Assembly (NCBI GenBank): GCA_030390025.1
Contig: CM059432.1
Location: forward strand, 102,550,001 to 102,614,000
Length of the DNA stretch: 64,000 bases
Direction of reading: 5' to 3'
Source of the DNA: Squalus acanthias
Taxonomy: Eukaryota
The notes beneath the pieces are model-generated. The model searched no databases and was not told the DNA's origin. It saw only the letters and a program-made list of their open reading frames with translations. The position numbers were made by a program, and so were the translations under genes. Below, in pieces: positions 49,600 through 60,395 of the stretch; position 1 is the first letter of the stretch; each line of letters opens with the position of its first letter.

Positions 49600-52400
49600 C
49601 CCTCGCTGCCCTTGAGAAGCTGGTGGTGAGCTGAATTCTTGAACCGCTGCAGTCCGCGTGGTGAAGGTACTCCCACAGTGCTGTTAGGTAGGGAGTCCCC
49701 AGGATTTTGACCCAGCGACGATGAAGGATCGGCGAAAAACTTCTAAGTCAGGATGGTGTCTGACTTGGAGGGGAACTTGGAGGTGGTGGTGTTCCCATGC
49801 GCCTGCTAGGTGGAAGAGGTCGCGGGTTTGGGAGGTGCTGCCGAAGAAGCCTTGGCGAGTTACTGCAGTGCATCTTGTAGATGTTACACACTGCAGCCAC
49901 GGTATGCCAGTGGTGGAGGGAGTAAATGTTTAAGGTGGTAGAGGGGGTGCCAATCCAACGGGCTGCTTTGTCCTGGAAGGTTTCGAGCTTCTTGAGTGTT
50001 GTTGGAGCTGCACTCATCCAGGCAAGTGGAGAGTTTTCCATCACACTCCTTACTTGTGCCTTGTAGATGGTGGAAAGGCTTTGGGGAGTCAGGAGGTGAG
50101 ACAATCGCCGCAGAATACCAGGCCTCTGACCTGCTCTTGTTGCCACAGTATTTATGTGACTGGCCCAGTTAAGTTTCTGGTCAATGGTGACCCCCAGGAT
50201 GTTGATGGTGGAGGATTCGGTGATGGTAATGCCGTTAAATGTCAAGGGGAGGTAGTTAGACTCTCGCTTGTTGGAGATAGTCATTGCCTGGCACTTCTGT
50301 GGCGCGAATGTTACCTGCCACTTATCAGCCCAAGCCTGAACGTCGTCCAGGTCTTGTTGCATGCGGGCATGGACTGCTTCGTTATCTGAGGAGTTGTGAA
50401 TGGCGCTGAACACTGTGCAGTCATCAGCGAACATCCCCATTTCTGACCTTAAGTTGGAGGGAAGGTCATTGATGAAGCAGCTGAAGATGGTTGGGCCTAG
50501 GACACTGCCCTGAGGATCTCCTGCAGCGATGTCCTGGGGCTGTGATGATTGACCTTCAAGCATCTTCCTTTGTGCTAGGTATGACTCCAGCCAGTGGAGT
50601 GTTTTCCCCCTGGTTACCATTGACTTCAGTTTTACTAGGGCTCCTTGATGCCACACTCAGTCAAATGCTGCCTTGATGTCAAGGGCAGTCACTCTCACCT
50701 CACCTCTGAAATTTAGCTCCTTTGTCCATGTTTGGACCAAGGCTGTAATGAGGTCAGGAGCTAAATGGTCTTGGCGGAACCCAAACTGGGCATCAGTGAG
50801 CAGGTTATTGGTGAGTAAGTGCCGCTTGATAGCACTGTCGATGACACCTTCCATCACTTTGCTGATGATTGAGAGTAGACTGATGGGGCGGTAATTGGCC
50901 GGATTGGATTTGTCCTGCTTTTTGTGGACAGGACATAACTGGGCAGTTTTACACATTGTTGGATAGATGCCAGTGTTGTAGCTGTACTGGAACAGCTTAG
51001 CTAGAGGCGCGGCTAGTTCTGGAGCACAAGTCTTCAGCATGATAGCCGGGATGTTAACGGGGCTCATAGCCTTTGCTGTATCCAGTGCGCTCAGCCATTT
51101 CTTGATATCACGTGGAGTGAATCGAATTGGCTGAAGACTGGCTTCTGTGATGATGGGGACCTCGGGAGTAGGCCGATATGGATCATCCACTCGGCACTTC
51201 TGGCTGAAGATGGTTGCAAACACTTCAGCCTTGTCTTTTGCACTCACGTGCTGGGCTCCACCTTCATTGAGGATGGGAATATTCATGGAGCCTCCTCCTC
51301 CCGTTAGTTGTTTAATGGTCCACCACCATTCACAACTGGATGTGGCAGGACTGCAGAGCTTTGATCTGATCCGTTGATTGTGCGATTGCTTAGCCCTGTC
51401 TATAGCATGCTGCTTCCACTTTTTAGCATGCATGTAGTCCTGTGTTGCAGCTTCCCAGGTTGGCACCTCATTTTTAGGTACACCTGGTGCTGCTCCTGGC
51501 ATGCTCTTCTACACTCCTTATTGAACCAGGGTTGGCCCCCTGGCTTGATGGTAATGGTCGAGTGAGGGATATGCCAGGCCATGAGGTTACAGATTGTGGT
51601 GGAATACAATTCTGCTGCTGCCCCACAGCACCTCATGGATGCCCAGTTTTGAGCTGCTAGATCTGTTCTGAATCTGTCCCATCTAGCACGATGGTAGTGC
51701 CACACAACACGATGAAGGGTGTTCTCAGTGTGAAGACGGGACATCATCTCCACAATGACTGTGCGGTGGTCATTGCTACCAATGCTCTCATGGACAGATG
51801 CATCTGCAACAGGTAGATTGGTGAGGGCGAGGTCAAGTCGGTTTTTCCCTCGTGTTGGTTCTCTCACCACCTGTCGCAGGCCCAGACTGGCAGTTATGTC
51901 CTTCAGGACTCAGCCAGCTCGGTCAGTAGTGTGCTACCGAGCCACTCTTGGAGATAGACATTGAAGTCCCCCACCCAGAGTACATTCTGTGTCCTTGCTA
52001 CTCTCAGTGCTTCTTCCAAGTAATGTTCAACATGGAGGAGTACTGATTCATCAGCTGAGGGAGGGCGGTAGGTGGTAATCAGCAGGAAGTTTCCTTGTCC
52101 ATGCTTGACCTGAAGCCATGAGACTTCATGGGGTCCGGAGTCAATGTTGAGGACTCCCAGGGCCACTCCTTCCTGACTGTATACCACTGTGTCACCACCC
52201 CTGGTGGGTCTGTCCTGCCTGTGGGACAGGACATACCCAGGGATGGTGATGGAGGAGTTTGGGACATTGGCTGAAAGGTATGATTCTGTGAGTATGACTA
52301 TGTCAGGCTGTTGCTTGACTAGTCTGTGGGACAGCTCTCCCAATTTTGGCACAATTTTCCAGATGTTGGTGAGGAGGACATTGCAGGGTTGACTGGACTG
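49600..52400 (-). pseudogene. LINE family B APE endonuclease-reverse transcriptase ORF with frameshifts and a stop
   Basis: LLTNI..., [52 protein letters not shown] across ORFs 51903-52352, 51400-51870, 50657-51502 and 49748-50656. Confidence 0.93.
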
Positions 52401-52735
52401 GGTGTGCTGTTGCCGTGTCCGTAGCCGGTGCCGAAGTCAATGCCGGGTGGTCCGTCCGGTTTCATTCTTATTATGTTTCTTAGCAGTTAGTTACAACTGA
52501 GTGACTTGCTAGGCCATTTCAAAGGGCAGTTAAGAGTCAACTACATTGCTGTTGGTCTGGAGTCACATATAGACCAGACCAGGTAAAGACGGCATATTTC
52601 CTTCCCTAAAGGACATTAGTGAACCAGATGGTTTTTTACGACAATCCGATAATTTCATGTTTACCATGACTGATGCTAGCTTTTTATTCCAGATTTATTT
52701 AATTAACTGAATTTAAATTCCCCAGCTGCCATGAT

Positions 52736-52798
52736 GGGATTTGAACTCACCATTCGGGATTACCAGTCCAGTGACATAACTACTATGGTGCCATTCCC
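52736..52798 (-). promoter_or_regulatory. tRNA-type internal RNA polymerase III promoter (A-box and B-box)
   Basis: Minus strand GGGAATGGCACCATAGTAG (A-box-like) and GAGTTCAAATCCC (B-box, 52748-52736). Same head as the SINE at 3140. Confidence 0.7.
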
Positions 52799-54181
52799 GA
52801 AGGACTGAGAAAGAAACAGAAGAACCATGGAGAAGGAAATAGGGTGAATTAGAGTCAAATTAGGTACAGAAAGAGGAATAAAGAGAGGGAAAGAAAAATT
52901 CCTTAAAAGAGAGAGAAAAAAAGAGACAGAAAAAGTAATAACATTTTTTATAAAATTACATTTTAAATTAAAAAAATCTCTCACAATTTACTGCCTGTAA
53001 GAATGATACTCCGCAGTTTAAATTGTTTCCTTTCTGGGCCTGGGAGGTTAAATGGCATTGCAGGAACATAACTCCTGAATTTAAAGGATGCTTACACTGT
53101 TAAGTTCCAGCTCTAACTTTCTGTGGCAAACCTAATTGGCAATTATGTGCAAATGCAGCAATTTCATGAAACTCACAGGGATGCTGTTTTCACGAGGCTA
53201 ACGGCGCAACGGCACAAATCGTCCAGCAAATTGTGGAGGTTTGCAATTCAAGGCGTATCCCTTCCTTGCCATAAATTGCTGGCCAATTTGCACATTATTA
53301 AATATGTGCGTCATTCACACATTGTTATTTTTTCTGCAAATTTTGGGCCAATGTTTTCTTGTTAGAATTTCAATTCAAAATCACTAGATGCATGTCTATA
53401 TCAACAGAGATAGAAATCCATTTAAACTAAAAACTTTTTTCTTTTCAGAAGCTTTGATTTCCCACACAGACCTTTCCACTTTCACGGGCCTTGAGTTTGC
53501 CTAATGCTCCATTCCTGGAGCTCCAATTTTTTCTTGTGACGGTTCTCCCTTGATCTTTATACGCCTCCATGCATGTTAGACTCTGTCTGCACTCGCATGA
53601 TTCTGTGCCTCGCTCACAGCTCTGATCCTTTGGGTGGGCATAGCATTTCTTTACGCCCTGCCTCAAGGTAATAGATAGAAATTAATTGCGTCAGTAAAGG
53701 AATAAGATTGGCAGCTGTGCAAAGCGATTGAGAAACATACCAATTGGTCAGGAGACAGAGGAAAGGAGAAACAGTGAGAAGAAGAATTAGGGACAGATAT
53801 ACAAACACAATAAGAAATGTGTGTGAAATCCATATGAAAAGAAAAAAACTTTCCAGCTCCCTCCTTCCCATCCTAGAACAGGCCTAAGCCCACTCTTCAC
53901 TCCTCCCTTCCCTGCTCAACCTCGACTTGGTTATTTCCCATTCCCAAGCCTGTTTTCCCATTTTATAAGCCCCATTCAATTTGCTCTCGTGCTCCATATA
54001 AGCTATGTTCTCACCATTGCCTCTCCTAATGTGAGGCCCTCTACCATCACACTGTTACCCTCAGTTCCCAGACTCCTGCTAATCTTTCCCAATGGCGCTT
54101 CCCCTCGAACCTCTGCCCAGTTCCAACTTTACCATTTAGATCCTTTCTGCCTTTCTTTTTTTTTACTAAACTGGACATATT

Positions 54182-54767
54182 GGGCTGGATATTAGCTCGG
54201 AGGCGGGGATGGAGTAGAGTAGCTGGTTTGTGGTCGGGAAACCCGGAAGTACGAGTTTCCCGAACATCCTGCAGTTTTTAAGATGGTGGTCGGGGGGGGT
54301 TGGGAGGAGCAGCTGATGGTCGGGGGGTCCTATCGCCGGGGGCGTCTGATTGCGGGGTGGAGACAAGACAGAACATGGGGGTGGGGTAGGGGGCAGTTAT
54401 TGGGTAGCTTGTTGGGCTTGGAGGAAATGCCCCTACTCCTCCTGGCCCACAAGAAGTGCTGTAAAGGCACTTACCTCGTGGAATCAGCCCTTCCCACCTC
54501 CTTTCACCTGATGGATTTCCCGAGACCTGGGAAACCCGGTCGCCTATTTTTAAAAATAGAATGTTAAAATGAAGGCACGCAGCCTCATTAAAATAGTTAA
54601 ATGACCAACCTCCTGCGAGTGGTTTGGTCGTCCGCCCCTCATCCCATCACCGTTAAAATCAAAAGTGGGCGGGTTCGAAGCGGCTTGGGTTCCTGTTTCA
54701 GATTTCTGGATTTTTAACCATCCACCCGAACCAAACCTACCCGTTTTTGGGTGTTAAAGATACCCCC
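54182..54767. mobile_element. Harbinger-type MITE
   Basis: GGG...CCC degenerate termini and 3-bp TSD ATT; GC-rich island in AT-rich flanks. Confidence 0.6.
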
Positions 54768-55055
54768 ATTGATTTAATTAAAAAAACTCAAAGAGATTTA
54801 ATTGCAATTTATACTATCACGGATCAACTACTTAATTTAAAAATGCATGCACAGGTTATTGAATATAAAGTTGAATACCATTTTTCACAAGTGAACATAT
54901 TTTAACACAGTAAAAGGAATCACAAATGAACTGAAAATTGCAAGTCAAATATTATTTAAAAAGTTAAAAATAAATTGATGTAGTCAGCAAACAAAATACA
55001 AGGAATAAGAGAAAAGCTCTATTTTTAAAATTCAGTTACTATTTTAAGATTATAT

Positions 55056-55250
55056 AAGAACATAAGAAATAGGAGCAGAAGTAGGCCATCCGGCCCCTCG
55101 CGCCTGCTCCGCCATTCAATAAGTTCATGGCTGATCTTTGACCTCAACTCCACTTGCCCACCCAATCCACATATCTCTTGATTCCCTTAGTGCCGAAGAA
55201 TCTATCGCTCTCAGTCTTGAATATACTCAACGACTGAGCATCCACAGCTT
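55056..55250 (-). mobile_element. CR1 3' tail fragment
   Basis: AAGAACATAAGAAATAGGAGCAG...CCATTCAATAAG, as at 38044. Confidence 0.85.
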
Positions 55251-56641
55251 CCTACCAATGTGGATACCATGGGTGGAAGAGACCTCCCCAGGAGATCAAC
55301 ACAGCCTAGTTGTACATTGCAGAGGAGGGCACAAGCAGGGATATGGTTAGGAAGACCTGAGTACAGTGCCACAAACGTTTCAATGATCTCAGTAGATCAC
55401 GAAACGTTAGTACTAAGCCACACTCAACCTCATCCTGCTGTGCCTCTCATCACATCCCCATCACTCTGCCTTTCCTACCCTACTCCTGCACATCCTTCTC
55501 ACACCAACTTACTTTGCACCTCCACCCATCCCTCTCTATCTATATTATCACATCGCCATCTCACTAGCGACCCCTCATACTCACCCTCATCCTAGTGCAA
55601 TCATACCAACTAACAATACACAAGGGTAGGCACTTGGGTGTTTTATGCAATGTTCATGTAAAGTTTCTGTTAATGTAGTGTCAAACATTGAAACCTTTAT
55701 TTTCAACACTTTGTCTTCTTGTACAGATTTGTGTGCACCTTTGGCAATGGCTTAGTGTATTGCAGTGAATGGTGAGACATATCGGTACCCCCCGCAATGA
55801 TGATGAGTGTGAAAGGAATGGCTTGGGCATTGTAGGGATGCTTTATGGTGTTGGTGTTGGGTGGTGCCAACCTGGCGCATCATGTGGCAGCCAGGGTGTA
55901 CAGCATCAAGTGAAGTAAATCTGGTCATAGTGAGGCTATCTTTGGCCTCCCGGGCAGCAATGTGGTCGGGTGCTGATGCCCTCTGTCCTGTGCAGCATCA
56001 GGTGATTGCGGAGAAGGTTGGTGGTGTTGTTGTTGGTGCTGCTGGTGTTGGAGGGATTTTGAGGACCAAGGTGAGAGAGTATAAACAGCACCCATGCTGA
56101 TGGAATAGATGGCAGGTGAAGTAGAGTTGACAGAAGTGATCTGTCAATGGTGAGAGAGGTAATGAGGTCAGACTGGATGGAGACTTGTGTAAAGACTTGC
56201 AGCATGGTGAATCTGTTGCGAATATGTAGTGAGGAAGAGCTTGTGGCTGAGGGAAGATATCTCTGTAAGGTGGGACCTTTTTCTTTACATTTGAAGCTGT
56301 CAACTCAACAGCTAATTCAATGGCCACTGAACTCCTGCCTCAGCTTCACAGATGTGGTCCACGACCAGCGTGGACCCCGTGGGCGAGCTGTCAAATGCAG
56401 AAGGTGAGCTGAAATTCATTCTTAAATGGCTCTAAACAAGCCATTAATTACCGAAATCGGGTCCCCCGCTGTGAACCCGCTACTTCGTGTCGGGCCTGCT
56501 CAGCACTGACAGACCTGACATTTGGTAAAGGTGAGTGGCGATGGGTTCACAGCGGGGTCCCAACCTGCTGGGGGAAAAAAAACACTTTCCCACCCAACCC
56601 GCCACCAATCGCGCCTGCTGACCCCCCACAAAATCTCAGCC
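55251..56641. mobile_element. Partial Harbinger derivative, inverted relative to 39890-42377
   Basis: Reverse-complement similarity to 41430-41950 and 39890-40580. Right end ...AAAATCTCAGCC. Confidence 0.75.
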
Positions 56642-57240
56642 TTTGTTTTCTTTCCATTAACCAATCCTCAATCCATGTTAATATATTACCCCAAATCCCA
56701 TGAGCCCTAATCTTGCATAAAAACTCTTGTGCGGCACCTTATCGAATGCCTTCTGAAAATCCAAATAAAGTACATCCACTGGTTCCCTCTTATCTACCCT
56801 GCTAGTTACACCCTCAAAAAACTCTAATAGATTTGTCAAACATGATTTCCCTTTCATAAAACCATGTTGACTCTACCTAATCATATTATGATTTTCCATG
56901 TGCCCTGTTACCACGTCCTTAATAATAGATTCTTGCATTTTCCCGACTACTGATGTCAGGCTAACTGGTCTGTAGATCTCTGTTTTCTCCCTCTCTCCTT
57001 TCTTGAACAGTGGGGTTACATTTGCTATCTTACAATCCATGGGGACTATTCTAGATTCTAGGGAATTCTGGAAGATCAAAGCCAATGCATCCACTATTTC
57101 TGCAGCCACCTCTTTTAAAACCCTAGGGTGTAGGCCATCAGGTCCAGGGGATTTGTCACATTTCAGACCCATTAACTTCTACAATACCTTTTCTTTACTA
57201 ATATTAATTAGTTTAATTTCCTCACTCACAATAGACCCTG
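56642..57240 (-). mobile_element. CR1 RT internal fragment
   Basis: KSPGPDGLHPRVLKE, YRPVSLTSVVGK, LDFQKAFDKVPH. Confidence 0.9.
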
Positions 57241-57406
57241 CCTATCTATCTGATGTATATTTTTAATGCTCTAAGTATCAAACAGTTAATTTCGAAACCA
57301 GTTGAACTGTACACAAAACTAGGACTGATATAGCATGCTGAAGAAAAAGGATATGTCAGACGTTCAGCCACATTCTATACACTGGATTTTTGTTATAAAT
57401 CACAAT

Positions 57407-58148
57407 GGCCCGTATTTTCCTGCGTGCGAAGGCCTCCGATCTGGAAAAAATCTACGCCCTTACCTGAGGGCTCCAGAGGTCCGGACATTTCCGATCCTGG
57501 GCCTCTGCTCTACGAAATGCGCAGGGCCCAGGTATCCCAGGGGCGCATGCGGTTCGCAAGCGTCCCTGGGATCACGTGGGCCATGGGGAACCAATGGAAG
57601 AAGGGAATCCCCCTTCATACTTTTGACAGCTTAGACCTGTCAAAAGTATGAATGGGGATCACTGAAAAACACATCAAAACATTACATTTTTTTTTAAATC
57701 ACGTTTTTAAAATTAGTTAAAATTACATTAAATTAAATATTTCAAACAAAAATTTAATTTATTGGAAAAAGATATAAAGTTTTTTATGGGGCTATAAATA
57801 AACTTATCTTTTTTAAAAGTATTTTTAAATTATAAATGAGTGCAAAAAAAATAATATTTTTACTTTTTTAAACTCTTATGCTGGTAAAAGCAGGCCTTAC
57901 ATCTGCTTTTACCAGGCGTAAGATTCTTAAGGGTTTTCAGCTGGTGGAGGTTCTGCAGAAAGCGGAACTCTCCACCCGCAGAGGCCCTTCTCCAGGGCAG
58001 GCGTGTGATCTGTCAAGAGCATTCTTGACAGATCGGAAATGCCAGTTTTCAGCGCATGTGCTTCGCATGCCTGAAACCGGCACTTGCGAGGTCCCTACTG
58101 GTGTGTACACAGCTCGTACACACCCGTAGGGATCGGAAAATACGGGCC
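57407..58148. mobile_element. AT-core Harbinger-type MITE
   Basis: Perfect 14-bp TIR GGCCCGTATTTTCC and 3-bp TSD AAT. Confidence 0.9.
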
Positions 58149-58730
58149 AATGGTTTTTCAATCAACTATTTCAATTTTTTGATGAATTTGGTCATTTGTT
58201 GTGCAATTTATGGGGATACTTAATACTGTTCACCTCAGGGATAAATTTACAAGCCTGTGCTGTCAAGGGGAGCCTCACCCACCAGCAGTGCACTGTGGAA
58301 ATTCAGAGATGCAGGCCCACAATTTTCTGATCATTAACTTCTGATGGTTAAAAGTGTTGTCCCTGTAAGAGGAAAACTTCCCGAAAGTGAGTTTTATCTT
58401 ATTACTGCTCGTGAAATGAGCAATTTTGTACATATGGAAAGCAGAGAGCTCTCTAACATCCACCAGCTAGATCTGAAAAATAAAGGATGTTGTGAATTAG
58501 GAGTGCATGACTGAATGATCGAGTGAATAAATCTCAAAGTTCCTGCAGGGCCCTCAGAAATGTTATTACAAGCTACAATCATGATTCCATGTGATGCCAT
58601 TTTTACCTATAAAGAAAAAGAAAGAACTTGCATTTATAGGAACAGGAGTAGGCCATTCAGCCCCTCAAGCCTGTTCCACCATTCAATTAGATCATGTCTG
58701 ATCTGTATCTTAACTCCATCGACTCACCTT

Positions 58731-60351
58731 TGTAAGGGGTTACGGTCCTAGGTGCATGTGCGTGGTTAGGCCTTCGTTGCCTAATACTATTGCTTGCTCT
58801 GGTCTCCGGCCAGCCTTGTTGCAATAAGCACCTGTGAGTGGTTCGACCCACTCGCCCTTACGGTTCTGACACTGGACTTAGGTGCGAGAGGAATAACGCA
58901 GAGAAAACTCAGGTAGACCCGGTTGAATAGTGCGAAATGGAAAATCTTTATTGCATATTATTCAAGATTACGAAATACATGTCATAAGCACAGATTAATG
59001 ACAGTACAAACTTACATACATTTATGCAACTAGGTTTAGGGAAACGAGGAGCGCACGACACATCATAAAAGGGGACACACATTATAATTATCCTTAAAAC
59101 ATAAACCCTCCCCTATCAATGCCTGTCCTAATCTAGATCTGCAGGATCGAGACTCATGCTCACCACTCGTGATAACTCGGAGAATTCCGAAACTCTGCTC
59201 GGATGTTTTCACCGCAGCACCTGACTATCCACGTGTTGATCAGGGGTCTCTGTACCCCACTTGTTTACTCGCTTCTGCTCCGGCTAGCAGGCTGGACCGT
59301 CTGCTGTCGTGAAGATCTGTGTTGACCTCGGACTCCAGATACAGTTCGAAGAAGAGTCTTACTGTGCCTGACACCAGTTGTCGGTAGAACTCGAAGAATA
59401 GTCTTCTCGGGCCAGTTCGTGCAGTATCCTGTAAAATTCGAAAAATGGTCATTATATTTTGAGGCGCGGTCGGGGCTTACTGACCGCGGCGACACGTGTA
59501 GTCTTCTTCTTCTCTTCTCATCTCATCTCATCTCATCTCCTCTCGGGCCTTCGGATCCGACACCGTTTACCGACTTCTCGGGATAGTGCGCCCGCTTACC
59601 GGCCTTCGCAGTCCAGCTCTCCACAGATCTTCGCGGCAAGCCACGAGGTTGACTCCCGGAAAATCAACGGATCAGAGAATGAGAGTCCAGAGCTCCAGTC
59701 GGTGGTAAAGAATAAGAGAAAGATGGACGTTTGGACACTACAGTTTATAGTACTGTAATTCCTTATCTCCCGCCCAATCTAAATGTTCATCTTTGTCATG
59801 TATTGGCGCTCAAAACTTCTTGTACGGGGTGGTACTTGTCGTTAATGGGTTTCGGTGATACTTGTAACTGTCTGAGTACCCGTTAATATTTCTCCCATTG
59901 TGGAACCGGCTAGTAGTCTCCCTGGAGGGGTTTTGGGGGCTTCCAAATGCTTCTTGTGAGTACCCGCGAACGGCTCTCTCATCGTAGAGCCGTGGGGATT
60001 TTGCATATCAATGTCTTTGGATGGGTCCTTGATCGCCCAGTACAATAGCCCTCGTTTGTACCTGGAAGACCGATTCCAGTATTTATGTTTAAAATGCAAA
60101 CCCATCGCGTCTTGTCATTATCTCAAATGTGCTGAGTCCTGTCCGATCTTGCTGAAATGTTTATTGAAACGCCATCTTGTCTGCCTCCTGAAAGTCTAGA
60201 ACCTTCTGCCACGAGGCGTGGCGACCATTTTACAGGCTGCTTGTGCCCTTTTTGAAGCATGACAGCATTTTGCTGAAATAAAGCTGTTTATACGAAACTT
60301 TATGTCTCCTTCTTATTATTATAAAATCGCGATAATTTTGTGAATTCTACA
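58731..60351 (-). mobile_element. Solo LTR, family A (1621 bp), inserted in a CR1 tail
   Basis: TGTA...TACA termini and 4-bp TSD CCTT. On the minus strand, TATAAA at 59749-59744 and AATAAA at 58952-58947. Confidence 0.92.
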
Positions 60352-60395
60352 CCTTGGTTCTGTAATCCTTAACAACCTTGGTAACAAAAACCTAA

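Larger units (their letters stand above)
49539..52798 (-). mobile_element. Apparently full-length LINE family B (CR1/Jockey-group APE-RT) with a tRNA-derived 5' head and no ORF1
   Basis: In order: tRNA-like head, SINE-like body, about 100-nt leader, APE-RT ORF, hairpin tail, A-rich end. No TSD found. Confidence 0.8.

Noticed and set aside
52500..52735. Assigning the SINE body to a named conserved domain (Deu, V, CORE) or a named shark SINE
   Set aside because: It does not match what I recall of those domains well enough. Needs a Dfam/Repbase search.
52736..52798. Functional tRNA gene (also 3045-3140)
   Set aside because: Only A/B-box-like motifs are present, with no convincing cloverleaf, and both are joined to retroelement bodies.
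53445..53666. Cys-containing ORF as a host exon (likewise 37789-38010 and 25490-25738)
   Set aside because: No recognisable homology and weak splice signals.
58275..58471. Minus-strand exon with a strong acceptor (TTTATTTTTCAG)
   Set aside because: All three frames hit stops from that acceptor and no protein is recognisable. Could only be non-coding.
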